Assembly (NCBI GenBank): GCA_051313645.2
Contig: JBNRSN020000007.1
Coordinates: 220,658,001 to 220,722,000, forward strand
Length of the DNA stretch: 64,000 nt
Source: Centroscyllium fabricii
Taxonomy: Eukaryota
Direction: 5' to 3'
Positions 1 to 12,454 of this stretch are shown piece by piece. Position 1 is the first letter of the stretch. The number at the start of each line of letters is the position of its first letter. The translations under genes were made by a program, and so were the position numbers. Under the pieces are notes generated by a model. That model was not told the DNA's origin and ran no database searches. It was given only the letters and a program-made list of their open reading frames with translations.

Positions 1-321
1 GTGACGAGAAGTAACTAGAAATCGTCCTGGACTACATCGCCACTCAAATGAGCACTTGCACCAGACTTCAACTGTAAATGTTGGAAATTTGAAATGAAAA
101 CCGAAAATGCTGTAAAGAGAAAAGATGGATTTTGACCTTTCGAGTGTGTACCGTCAACTCTGAAGCGTACACACTTGATGTGTTTTACCCTGTTTTGTTT
201 TCTTTTATAAAGAGTGACTGACCTGTGTACTTGCTGCATTTTCTGTTTAAAAAAAAAAAAAAAAAAAAAAAAAATCAAAAAAATCTCATTACCTTGGCAG
301 AATCATTTAAACTGGTAAGTT

Positions 322-369
322 GCTTAGCCTGGGCTGCAGATCCTCGGGGATCTGCAGCCCAGGCTGAGC
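322..369. repeat. 22-bp inverted repeat with 4-nt loop
   Basis: gcttagcctgggctgcagatcc-tcgg-ggatctgcagcccaggctgagc. Confidence 0.9.
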
Positions 370-1140
370 TGTAATGTGATGGCTTTCTTCATTCAGATTC
401 TGTGTGGGTTTAGAATGCTGGTGTGAGCAGGGCTTTGTAATACAAAATTGCAACACTGCCCTACTGGGTTAAAGTCCAACGAACATGCACTCTATTCATA
501 CAGAATCTCCTAATAGATATTTATATTTGAAGAGTCAAAGTGCAGTGTGTTAATTCTCCAAAGTGCATGGGAAATGACGTTTTTGAGACTGCCAAGTGGG
601 TATCCCTCTTTGGGTGTTCATACAGAATCCCCATCTCCCCAGAAAGAATATCTGTGTTGATAGTTGCACATTTTTTGTTAATGTTAGAGTAAAACGCTCA
701 TGATCTGATACCCTGCATAACATTAATTGTTTAATCTAGTCCCATATTTAAAGTGTGTGTGTGCTTCCTGAAGATTGTGATCTGTGGAAGGGTACATTTC
801 CAAGGCTCTTCTCCACCCACTCTCTTCCCCTTCCTGAGGTGTACAGTTGCACAGGTTTTTGGTAACAAACAGTATCTCGCACAAGTGACATTTGTAATGT
901 ATGAATCTAGATAGTGTATTGGCAGGCTTTTTGACTTGAGGCATCACAGCAGAGCCTCATACTGTGTTTCTCTCCACATCCCCATCTCATCCTGAAGAGA
1001 CTCGACTGAGTCTGCCACCAATTGTTTCTAGGTGGTTGATTTATTTCAGATTTCCAGCATCTGCAGTACTTTCTCTTTGATTTATATGACTGATGGTCTG
1101 CGCTTGGCTTGCTTTCTGTATAGTGGACCTACTTCATACA

Positions 1141-1622
1141 TGATGTGGAGGTGCCGGTGTTGGACTGGAGTGGACAAATGTAAGAAGTCACACAACACCA
1201 GATTATAGTCCAACAGTTTTATTTGAAATCACAAGCTTTCGGAGCGTTGCTCCTTCATCAGGTGTAGTAGAGATGCATAAAGACACAGCATATATAGTTG
1301 GAGAACAATGTAATCTTTCCAACTGCCCTTCATCACACCTCGGCAGAGCGACATTCATAGCAATCAAAGGTGTGAATGGTGTTCAAACAGGTCAGTCAGG
1401 CAGGCACCACCTGAAGAACAATGCGGAGGAGTTACAAAGGGTCAAATATTGCACATGCTGGGGTCTGTGAAAACCAACACCGAACAATTATAATAAGATT
1501 TTTCTTGCTGGAAATCGCAGCCGGTACAGACGCATCTGTGTAGTAAGGACAAGCCAAAGACGACGAGTCTGGATGACTCTACATCAGGTGGGGTTACATG
1601 TAGCGTGACATACAGTGACATA
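1141..1622 (-). mobile_element. Penelope-like element 3' end (pLTR with hammerhead ribozyme)
   Basis: Same terminus as the GIY-YIG-coding copy at 53950. 12-bp TSD ctacttcataca at 1129-1140 and 1623-1634. Confidence 0.85.
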
Positions 1623-1799
1623 CTACTTCATACAGTTTCTACACTTGGATACTTTCTGGGGGAGCGGAGGATTCTGTTACTCCAGTTTCTAGATTTTATT
1701 TTTTTCGTACATGCTTTGAAGCTGGCCTTAATGAAGGCAGTCATGATGCAAGGGTTTTAATTTTTGTGGATGTTTTCTTTGGCACACTCTGCATGAGCA

Positions 1800-2135
1800 T
1801 CATAATGGAGGAGAGACCAGTAGAGAGGTTTAGGGAGGGAATTCCAGAACTTGGAGCCTAGGCAGCTGAAGGCATAGCCGCCAATGATGGGGCGATGGAA
1901 ATCGGGGATGCGCACAGAAATCTGAGGGTTGTAGGGCTGGAGAGGAGGTTACACAGCTATGGAGGGGTGAGGCCATGGAGGAATTTGAAAACCAGGGTGA
2001 GCATTTTAAATTTGTGGCGTTGCTGGACCGAGAAACCATGTAGATCAGGGGTGATTGGAGAATGGGACTAGGTGCGAGTTAGGATATGAGCATCAGAGTT
2101 TTTGATGAATTGAAGTTTACGGAGGGTGGAAGGCT
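1800..2135 (-). mobile_element. Old L2/CR1-clade LINE fragment
   Basis: Reverse strand resembles the L2 ORF2 C-terminus and is similar to the 28150-28400 segment. Confidence 0.55.
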
Positions 2136-2851
2136 GCACTAATGGGGCAGCTTCATTTAATGCCATGTTACCAGAGCTGAGCTCTTTGAACAGCCACCGA
2201 CAGTGACCAGTGTGTACTTCTCCCTTCCCCCACAGCAAAATGTCCCTTGCTCTAATTATCTTAAAATCCAGGATATAACTTTTTGTCTTTTACTGTAAAT
2301 TTACACTTTTTTCTCGTTTCAACCCATGAATTGATTGTATGAGTTAATATCTGTCCTGCAGTTTATAGTAGCTGACCTGCAGCCCACAAGTTAAACAGTC
2401 CAATGTGTTTACAGCTCCCTCTACAGTAAATGAGCAATACAAACCTCACTGTACAAAATTTCATTAGGACTCACTGCAAGGTGGCTTGATTGGAATGCAA
2501 AAAAGAGCGCTGTCATGTTTGGATTGAAATGTTTTTCACCTTTCCACTGTACTTTTTGGGGGGTAAACTTTTACATTAGACACTTTATATTTGCTCCTTG
2601 GTCCCCACCCCATATTAATGATACTTTGGGTCTATTACAAACTTTCTTTTTTGCCAGATTGATGTATTTTCCTCCTTTCTTAATCCCGCTCCTCTTTCTC
2701 CATGCTAGGGTACAATTCCATGGATGCTGAGTGGCCTCTGGTAGCCTGCCCATGTGGTCTTTTATTCATGTGAGCTTTGACCAAGAATGCTTTGAGTATG
2801 GGGCAATCTTCAGTGCAAATAGTAGATTACTGATGATTTTATAAACTTAGA

Positions 2852-3540
2852 CAGGTTGAGCACCGTTAATCTGGCACCCTCGGGACCAGGCCAGTGCCGG
2901 ATTACTGAAAATTCCGGACCACTGAAGGTTCGGGGGGAGCGCGTGGTAGAACATTCCCTGGGTCCCAGAGCGCGCGGTAGAACACTCCCCGGGAGGGAGC
3001 CCGGGGATAGAACTCTGTCCAGCAGCAACCCAAAACCCTGACGCTTGCCCACCCTTCGCGGGAACCGGCGGCGCTGCCGAGCGGCTGCTCCACAAACTGA
3101 AGGCCGCCAGTTCCGATTCGGGGCGGCACGGTGGCTAGCACTGTTGCCTTACAGCACTGGAGACCCGGGTTCAAATCCAGCCTCGGGTACTATCTGTGTG
3201 GAGTTTGCACATTCTCCCCGTGTCTGCGTGGGTTTCCTCCGGGTGCTCCGGTTTCCTCCCACAGTCCAAAGATGTGCGGGTTAGGTTGATTGGCCAGGAT
3301 AAATTGACCCTTAGTGTTAGGGGGATTGAATATGTGGGGTTACGGGGATAGGGTGGGATATGTGTCGGTGCAGGCTCGATAGGGATCGAGGGATATGGGG
3401 ACAAGGCAGGGACGGGGTACTGGGTTTGGATGATCAGCCATGATCTCATTGAATGGCGGAGCAGGCTCGAAGGGCTGAATGGCCTACTCCTGCTCCTATC
3501 TTCTATGTTTCTATGTGCCGGATTAGCGGTGCTCAACCTG
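2852..3540. mobile_element. Tigger/pogo-like MITE interrupted by a SINE
   Basis: TIRs caggttgagcaccgttaatc..gcac / gtgccggattagcggtgctcaacctg, followed by TA. Confidence 0.8.
3122..3515 (+). mobile_element. HE1/V-SINE-type tRNA-derived SINE
   Basis: tRNA head with B-box ggttcaaatcc, V-domain tgtgtggagtttgcacattctccccgtgtctgcgtggg, and CR1-derived tail ending in ctatgttt repeats. Confidence 0.85.
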
Positions 3541-4307
3541 TATTGCACTCGTCACTGCCAGATGAGACTGTGTGCGTTTGTTTGTGTGTGGGCTACCTGC
3601 AACAGGCTGGCCATTCTTACTAAGCTAAGGTTCTGCTGTTAAATGGCTATTTAAATGGAAGGTTTGCTCTTTAGGTGGTACTTGTAGAAAAGAAAAGGAA
3701 GGTGAGGAGAGAATACAGAAGATCTCTGGGCATTTCAGATTCTCCTGTCTCAAAGTATGTTAAATGCACAGATGTTTAGTGATTATTTAGAGTTGCTGAC
3801 AATACCTGCAGGCATTTCCTAATGGACTTAACTGGCAGTAATTAAGTTGATCTGTTTGTCGTTTAATTTTTAGTTTCTTCCATTTAAAGGCATGTTGTCT
3901 TCCTTTTCGGATGAAATTCCAAGCAAGTGGTTAAAAGTTGTAAACAGAAACAGTCATCCCTTGTAAAATTTAACTTGTGGAATGCTGTTCAAGATAAAAT
4001 ATTCAGGAATTTGTAACCACTTAGAAACAATCCAAATTGAACCTGTTTACTTCAGTTTGCTTCTGATATGTGATACACATCACATGTGGTCAGTGTGTGA
4101 CTTGGTGTACAGAGTTCTGGTGCCTGTGGAAACCCTGGGAGCTTGTGTAATATTGGCATAATTTCCTGGTGGCAGGACTGGTGGGGTCCCTTCTCATTGG
4201 GATTATACTTCCATTAATGCACTCCTGATGCCTTGGGTAAATTGACAGATGACACAGCACCAAGCCCTACAGAGCATGAAAAGGCAGAGCATGAAGGAGC
4301 CCAAGGT

Positions 4308-4878
4308 ACATAAGAACATAAAAAATAGGAGCAGGAGTAGGCCAATCGGCCCCTCGAGCCTGCTCCGCCATTCAATAAGATCATGGCTGATCTGATCCTA
4401 ACCTCAATTTTATTTTTACTCTCCACCCCGCCCAGACCAATGTGATCACCCGGGAGAGGTGAAAAACCAGATAAAAAACCCAGTGGCCAATTTGGGAGAA
4501 AAAATTTGGGAAATTCCTCTCCGACCCAGCTAGGCGATCGAAAACTAGTCCAGTAGTTCACATGACCGATCTGAACCTAGCGTCACGTCCACTTACTTGC
4601 CCGCTCACCATAACCCCTAATTCCCTTTACTTCCAGGAAACTGTCTATCTCTGTTTTAAATTTATTCAATGTAGTAGCTTCCACAGCTCTCTGGGGCAGC
4701 AAATTCCACAGCCCCACCACCCTCTGAGTGAAGAAGTTTCTCCTCATCTCAGTTTTGAAATGGCAGCCCCTTATTTTAAGATCATGCCCCCTAGTCCTAG
4801 TTTCACCCACCATTGGGAACATCCTCACCGCATCCACCTGATCAAGCCCTCTCTCAATCTTATATGCTTCAGATAGGT
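4308..4878 (-). mobile_element. CR1 LINE 3' end
   Basis: ORF 4583-4915 contains TRGHDLK..RRNFFTQRVVGLWNLLP; CR1 3' tail present. Confidence 0.85.
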
Positions 4879-6490
4879 AGACTCTCATCTGTGTAGAATT
4901 AGTTGATCTCAGCAAGACGGTAAAAAGAGTGCTACAGTTGAGTCGCCATTAGCGACCCCTGCTGGAAAGTACCTGTTCCTCATATCTAGCCACATGTGTC
5001 ACTTGACCGTCTCCTGTTGTCCACACGATTGCTTTACAGATCATTCTGTTTCTTCTCTCGTGTGTGTGTGTGTGTGTGTTTCTCACTGTCTGATTTTCAT
5101 TCATCCTTCTGGAGGAAGGGGGAAAGAGTTGAATTGCAGTGGATGAATCTGTATCATGTCATATCTCTCCAAATATTTATGTAGTACAACTTCTCTTTTG
5201 CACTTTAAATTGAAATTTGTCTTTGAAACTTATTGGATCTGTTTTGTTTGAACTGTTTCTAGCATTGCATATATGAAACAGAACTCTTAAAATCCAGTTG
5301 GACATGCTGCTATCTATTTTGAGTAGCCATACTTCCTGAGTGAGCACTTGCATATCTGTTTGGGGCCACAAAGGATTTGTAAAAAGGTATTTGATTCCTT
5401 GTTTATAGTGGGCAGATGGGAGCTGCATTCCTGAAAAACAACTTTGGGTTTATTACAGATTTTAACTAAGTGCAGGTTCCTGCCACCACTGGCAGATTCC
5501 AAATCGTCAATTAACAGTGACAAAATCTGGTTGCCTGTTTAAAATGGGTTTTAATTGCTTTTAGCTTGCCTGTATTTGTTGACCATTTTTCATCTGACTG
5601 GTAGGGGAGTGGGAAGGAAGGTAGAGAAGAGAAGCTGTTTTACAATCAGACTTTTAAAAACAACTAGTGGGGAATGGGACCAGCTGTGTTTTTTCTTCCT
5701 GGTTGCTGAAACTATAAAATGGTGGTGTTTTGATCAGAAAAGCTTGCACCTCCAAAGGCGGCACTGAAGACCAGTGTGACTTCTAAATGAGTAAAATTTC
5801 TGCCGGACATTACGACTATTATTGCTCCTGTGGCTGTGACACTAAACATAAGTGGCATTTTACAAATTCTGATGTGGTACCCCCCAGTCACTGTTAAAGG
5901 CTCTCTCTATTCACTAATGCATTGTGGAAAGAAGCAGACTTGTATACGATGTTCTGATTTCAGCTGGGCAATTGAGGAACTGTTGTTGCAGTGAGGAGAG
6001 TTGACCTTATTTGACATGTCTGGTTATGGCAAATGATCAGCGGACTGGCAACCAGGTCAAAAAATTCAAATACAGTAATCTTATCTCGGCCTAGAAGTAA
6101 AAATGGCTAATATGAAATGTTTTATTTCTGGATGGTTTGCCCTCTCAGCTTGTGCTGTACTTGTCATATTTCCTTCAGCTGTTTTTATATTTTCGACCAA
6201 TTTTAGTTTTTAAAAAAGTATGAGAATGAAGCTTAATTTTCTACTTGATATTCTCAGCCTTTTCATCAAATTTTGATGAATGAAGTGAAATGTAACTTTC
6301 AGGAAGATTTCTTTGGACATTATCTGTGACAGTCATTTATATCTGGTGGGTTAACTATTTCACTACATGAAAAAAATGGAGGGAATCCTCCCCATAGTGT
6401 GCATTGTAAAGCCTGTTTGCTATGGCTAAGGAGCATGATGGGTGTTCTTTCACACTAAGTAGTTACTGTGCTTGTCTTGTCTTTTCACAG

Positions 6491-9112
6491 GTTCTCAAGA
6501 ATGTCAGGCTGATGGAGACAGGGAAGTAAGCGCAAAGAAATGTAGGACCGAGGAAACCAACATCTGTAAGAAATGTTGTGCCGAGTTCTTTGATCTCTCC
6601 AAGTTCCTTGAGCACAGGAAAAATTGCACTAAAAACCCACCAGTTTTGATTATGAATGAAGGCGAGAGGGAAATGCCTCCAAAAGACAGCCCAGAATCTT
6701 GTCTGGATAACTTTCCAAATGGCCAAATGAGCGATCAATCGAAAAGCAATGGTAGCCCTGAAGGAAGAATGCATGAAGAAAGTGAAACTGCTGAGATGAA
6801 TGTTGATAATGTAGAATCTCAGAAATCATGTGCCTCAAATGCTGCTGCAAGTTTACATCCAGCCTCTGACGTGAGCTATGTGTCCCAATCTAAAATACCA
6901 AACACTAATGTCACATTAGAGACTATTCAGAACACTAAAGTGGCAGTGACTCAACATGTTCCAGACACTCTGCCTGCCAGCAATTCAAATGCAACTGGAA
7001 ATGTCAATGTCATTCCGATCCTGCTTGAGCAATTGGTCTGCTTGCAGCAGCAGCAACTTCAGCAGATTCAGTTAACTGAGCAAATCCGCATCCAGGTGGC
7101 AATGATGGCACCTCATTCTCTGCACCCAGCCATCGTTGCAGCTGCAGATCCCCTTAAAGCACTGGGGGCTCACCTGTCACAACAGCTTTCCGCTGCTGCT
7201 GCTTTAATTGGGCAGAAAGTTGGTAGCCAAAGCTTTACTATAGAAGGTTTTAAACCAGTACAGCTACCTCATTCTTCTGCTGGTGCAACTCATTTTAACA
7301 AAGGCTTACACCACTCTGAGTCGGGGTCTCTCCAAACTACTGGTGCTCTAGCTTCGCTAACCTCCAAGCCTGATTCCATTGCGTGCTCCGAAAACCCCAC
7401 CAGGCTTAAACATGGCAACCTTGCAAGCCCAGCGGCAAGATTTCCAAACCCCTTGCTACCTCAGTCTCCAAATTCTGCAACTATCCACAGCCCACTGATG
7501 GGACTATCTGCAGCTTCGGCTGCACGAAATCAGAAAGGCAAGCCTCCAAATGTTGCAGTGTTTGAAACCAAGTCCAGTTCCGAGGAGTCCTTTTTCAAAC
7601 ACAAGTGCAAGTTTTGCGGCAAAGTATTTGGAAATGACAGTGCTCTGCAGATTCACATCCGTTCGCACACTGGTGAAAGACCGTACAAATGCAACATCTG
7701 TGGTAATCGTTTTACAACCAAAGGCAATCTGAAGGTCCACTTCCAGCGGCATAAGGAGAAGTACCCGCATATCCGGATGAATCCATATCCTGTTCCTGAA
7801 CATTTGGACAATGTTCCAACTAGCAGTGGAATTCCATATGGCATGTCTATACCCGTTGACAATTCGGCAAACTTGGTGGACACCAAGCCTGTCTTGCAAA
7901 CACTGCCCAATTCAGTTGGCTTGAATCTGTCGACTAGTTTTGAGGATACTTCAGATAAGGTACCTCTGAGTGATTTTCTGCAGAGACGATCTCCAGCAGT
8001 AAGTGAAACTGCTTCTATGTCATCAAATGTCAGCAACTACGATTCTAACCTCGAAATTAAGTCTGCAAATGAAAATGGCAATGCACCTATTTTGGCTACT
8101 TCTATAATGTCTGAAACCTCAAAACCCAAGCTACCTTTTGGTAACATACTTGATAATAGCCAAGCATCTGAGACATCCAAACTTCAACAGTTGGTGGAAA
8201 ATATAGACAAAACTTCCAATGACCCAAATGAATGTGCTGTCTGCCATCGTATACTAAGTTGCCAGAGCTCACTAAAAATGCATTACCGTACACACACTGG
8301 TGAAAGGCCATTCAAATGTAAAATCTGTGGCAGGGCCTTTTCAACAAAAGGCAACCTCAAGACTCACTACGGGGTTCATCGGGCAAAGCCACCTTTGCGA
8401 GTGCAGCATTCGTGTCCTATCTGCCACAAGAGATTCACCAATGCTGTTGTTCTTCAGCAGCATATTCGAATGCACATGGGAGGTCAGATCCCTAACACAC
8501 CTTTGCCTGAGGGCTATTATGATGGTTCTGATCCAGAGCCAGCTTTGGCTGATGAAAATGCTGAACTAGACAGCAGTTTTACTGATGAAAATATGGATGA
8601 ATCTGAGTTGGAAGGAGACAAAGGTACAAAAGTGCCCGCAACTGAGTGTTCAAAACCAGTTTTGCCTTATAGTGACTTACCAGCTAACTCTCCTTTGTTA
8701 GTATTCTCAAATATAGCTGCTTTGGAGAGTCAGATGAAAATGATTAACTCTAGTGTGAACTTGCAACGACAGAGCAGTTTAAAATCCAGTGAGAATGACT
8801 CACCAGAAAGTGAAGGTATAGCTAACGATTCTTTTTCGGCAGTAGGGGATCAAGAATACCAGAATAATCGGAGCCCAGGTGCTTCCGAACCTGCATTGTT
8901 CCAAACTTCGTCTCCTGCTAACAGCTATAATGGTAGTCATCTGTCCAAGTCGCCAGCATTCTCTACTCCTTGTGAAAATTCAGGAACAAAAATTGAGCCT
9001 GTTGAGACATCTGAACTGGCAAATGATGGTGCGTTAGATTTAACATCTGCCAATATTCATCGCAAAGTTAAGGAAGAAGTGCCTAGTGTGCCATTTACTA
9101 ATGGGGACTGCA
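6491..9112 (+). CDS. SALL4: SALL4 exon 2 (C2HC finger, Q-rich multimerisation helix, zinc-finger clusters ZFC1 and ZFC2)
   Basis: Inside ORF 6472-9213. Acceptor cttttcacag|G at 6490/6491 and donor CA|gtaagt at 9112/9113, both phase 1. Encodes [25 protein letters not shown], the double finger with SAL box FTTKGNLK, and a triple finger. Confidence 0.95.
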
Positions 9113-9720
9113 GTAAGTATGAAAAAATATATATATATTACTGTAGTTTAAACCTTGTGAATAACTTCAGCAGAAGCTCCAGTCTATTTGAGTCTAGAGT
9201 TGCAATTTTGTAAATGCAGCTAAATGGGCTAACGAGATAATTGAGTGCTTATTTGAATAGGCCCTAGTAATAGTTATTTGGAGCCTTTATTTGAAGTTTT
9301 AAAGAAAAAGTCTATACAGATTTTTAAAGTAAAAGGATCTGAGCACTCACAAGGTACGATGAGCCTCTGCTGAGATCTGATCAGATTCGCGAAGCAGTTA
9401 CATCACCTTTGCCTTTTGCATTAAACAGCAAGCGATTGGTCTCCCACCTTTTTATTTAGGAATTTTTTTCCTCTTTGTACAGTACAGGGCAAGGTGGAAG
9501 GAGAAAAATGATTGTCTCCTTTCCTCTCATAGCTGTTTGTTTATTTCTTGCAAGAGTACAGTTCCATGGGCATTGATTGTTGTCCAGTACCTCACCAAGT
9601 AACTGTCATTCATGTGTGACCTTTTTGAGTGTCCACAGCTAATCCTACACTCTCTAGACCTCTGCACAAGAACATGCAGCAGGCTTTACTGGATATTGAT
9701 AATGAGCAGGAGCCTGATTT

Positions 9721-10041
9721 CTATGTGAGACTAGAACTAGGGGCATAATCTTAGAATAAGGGGCTGCCCTTTCAAAACTGAGATGAGGAGAAACTTCTTC
9801 ACTCAGAGGGTAGTAAATCTATGGAAGTTGCTACCTCAGAGCTGTGGAAGCTGCGACATTAAATAAATTTTAAACGGAGATAGACAGTTTCCTAGCTGAT
9901 AAGGGAATAAGGGGTTACGGGGAGCGGGCAGGGAAGTGGACGTGAGTCTAAGTTTGGATCAGCCATGATCCTATTGAATAGCGGAGCAGGCCCGAGGGGC
10001 CGTATGGCTGACTCCTGCTCCTACTTATGTTCTTATTATGT
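9721..10041 (+). mobile_element. CR1 LINE 3' end
   Basis: Near-identical to the reverse complement of 59685-59995. Confidence 0.85.
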
Positions 10042-10557
10042 TCCTCTCTGTCCACCAATCTCCTGTATCCCAGGGGCTTTGGAGCCAACGGTAGCATCTC
10101 CTATCACTGGCCAGGCTGAGATCAGTGAACTCGATCAGAGATTGAACCTGACAATTCTTCAAAATGGGGCTGCCAATTAAATTGCCTGGCCCAAATGCTT
10201 TGTGGTCAGTAATGAACAGCATCTTTCCTCTTTCAGTTTACCCTGTAACTGCTGACCGTTTATTTGTGGCATCATCATAAAAGAATAACTGCTTCTTGTT
10301 CCCTGTTTTAATGCACATCCCCAGCGGGCTGGTCGTTTCCCTTTTCAAAGTGAAGGTGATGGAATACTTTTCCTTAATTTGTGTCCAAGAACTGGAATTA
10401 ATTTTAATGTTGTGGCTTACAGCTGGCAGGGAAATTTGCTCCATTAATCTCTGCGCGATTTAAATCTAGGCTCCCACAGGTGAAAGCTCCTTGCTTTGAA
10501 TTGCACCATTTTTATACTTTCAGTAGGTACACTCAATTATTGACTACATTTAACTTG

Positions 10558-10808
10558 TAAGAAGTCCCACAACACCAGGTTATAGTCCAACAGTTTTATT
10601 TGAAATCGCAAGCTATCGGAGCGCTGCTCCTTTGTCAGGTGAAGTGAAGAGATACTGCTGTGCCTATATGCATCTCTTCACTTCACCTGACGAAGGAGCA
10701 GCGCTCCAAAAGCTTGTGATTTCAAATAAAGCTGTTGGGCTATAACCTGGTGTTGTGTGACTTCTTACATTTCTCCACCTCAGTCCAACACCGGCATCTC
10801 CACATCAA
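10558..10808. mobile_element. Penelope-like inverted pLTR pair (foldback insertion)
   Basis: Arms of about 95 bp are reverse complements. TSD atttaacttg at 10548-10557 and 10809-10818. Confidence 0.85.
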
Positions 10809-11745
10809 ATTTAACTTGGACATCTATAAGCTACCCTGAGCAGCAGTAGCAGGTCCTTGAGTGTATTTTGGCTTTTTATTTGAGTGACAACAAAATTAAA
10901 ATTGGAGGGTGTTGCGGGGGGGGGGGGTACGGCGAGAGGGTGAAGCATCAATAAACCACAACAGCTGAACCCTAACTTTGCTGCCCCCCCCCCCCCGCCC
11001 ATCTCTTCCCAGTGGTACAGCTGGTTGAAATTGAGCAACTGAACCATACAGACCCTGAAGGCCCTAGGTTTGCTTGCTGGTGTTTGTTGAGTTAGCTGAT
11101 ATCAGAGCTGGTAGGGTAGGGGTGCTACAACTGACTTCAGTCCTCCTCGTTGGGAGTAATTTGGCCGCTGCTCCTGCTTCTGATATTTGTCCAGTAGGTA
11201 CAGCTGGAAGGGCATTTCTTTTGGCTGTTTGACTGCATGATCTGGGTTGGCTGAGACGTCCCTTGTGGTTGATGGTGGCGCTCACTGTGTGAGGCTCGCG
11301 CGAGCTGTTTTTGGTGTCTCTAATATACCCTTGAGCAATGTGGTGTGCTCAATGATTGCTCTTGATGGTGATTCACTAACTGGTACAGTTAGTTCTGTAC
11401 AGTAGTGTTGTGTGACTTTTCGTTTGGTGCAATAGTATTGGCAGCTCTTCAAAAAAACAAAGTAGCCATTGGGGCACAACAGCTGTAGTGTACATAAGCC
11501 AAAGTAACTACTTGTGTGTATAATATTGAACATCTGATAATGCACAGAAAGTAAACTTGTGTTAAAGTTATTGTAGGCTCTGTTTTGCATCCATTAAAGT
11601 GTGTAGACACTGATAGACAGAAGTGAAGGTGTATTTATATCTGCCTTGATCACTCTCTCCAGATTCTCTTGGCCAGCTTGTTCAGGTTCTTGGAATCTTA
11701 ATCTTCGAATTTTACAGCACAAATGTAGGCCTGTGTCCGCTCTAA

Positions 11746-12454
11746 TGCCCCAGTTTCACTGGAGGCTAAGAATGCCAAGAATCTCAAGAATCATCAAGAA
11801 TCGAAATTCTTGGCGATTCTGCAAAAAATGCGAAAATTCTTGGTTGATTCTTGGCGATTCTTGGTGAATTCTTGGCGATTCTGGACAAGGTTACGAATCT
11901 ATCACGAATTATTGTAGGAATGAGGTACGAATCACTCACGAATATGCAGAATTAATTAAGAATCCACTACGAACTCCACGAATAAGTTACGAATTCTACG
12001 AATTAGCTACGAATTATCTACGAATTGCATTCGTAGTGCATTCGTAGTGCATTCGTGGACATTCGTGGGCATTCGTGGTGAATTCGGCATTTTTCCACGA
12101 ATTTGAGAAAATCAAGAATGCCCAAGAATAGCCAAGAATGCACTACGAATCCACTACGAATCAGTTACGAACGGTAAGAAAGGGTCACGAACGGTAAGAA
12201 TGGGTCACGAATTGTTTAGGAATCTATCACGAATTGGACATTCGTGAAACCTCCCACGAAATTTTTTGACAAACAAAAACTTTCTTGAAAACTCAAAGAA
12301 ATCCCGCGAACTACCGCGAACTCTACGAATCCACTACGAATCCACTACGAATCCACTACGAATCAACCACGAATTGCAAGAATGACCCACGAATCGGGCA
12401 AATTTCACAATCGGCACGATTCGGCAATTCGTAGCCTCCAGTGAAACTAGGGCA
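11746..12454. mobile_element. PIF/Harbinger-like MITE (ACGAAT-array family)
   Basis: 23-bp TIR tgccc(c/t)agtttcactggaggcta with TWA flanks; a related copy lies inverted at 50300. Confidence 0.8.

Noticed and set aside
6472-9213. 913-aa ORF as a single-exon gene
   Set aside because: The ends run into introns; splice sites at 6491 and 9112 delimit the exon, and the MSRRKQ N-terminus is not in the window.
11746-12454. Satellite or telomere-like array
   Set aside because: Bounded by TIRs and has a dispersed second copy, so it is a MITE.
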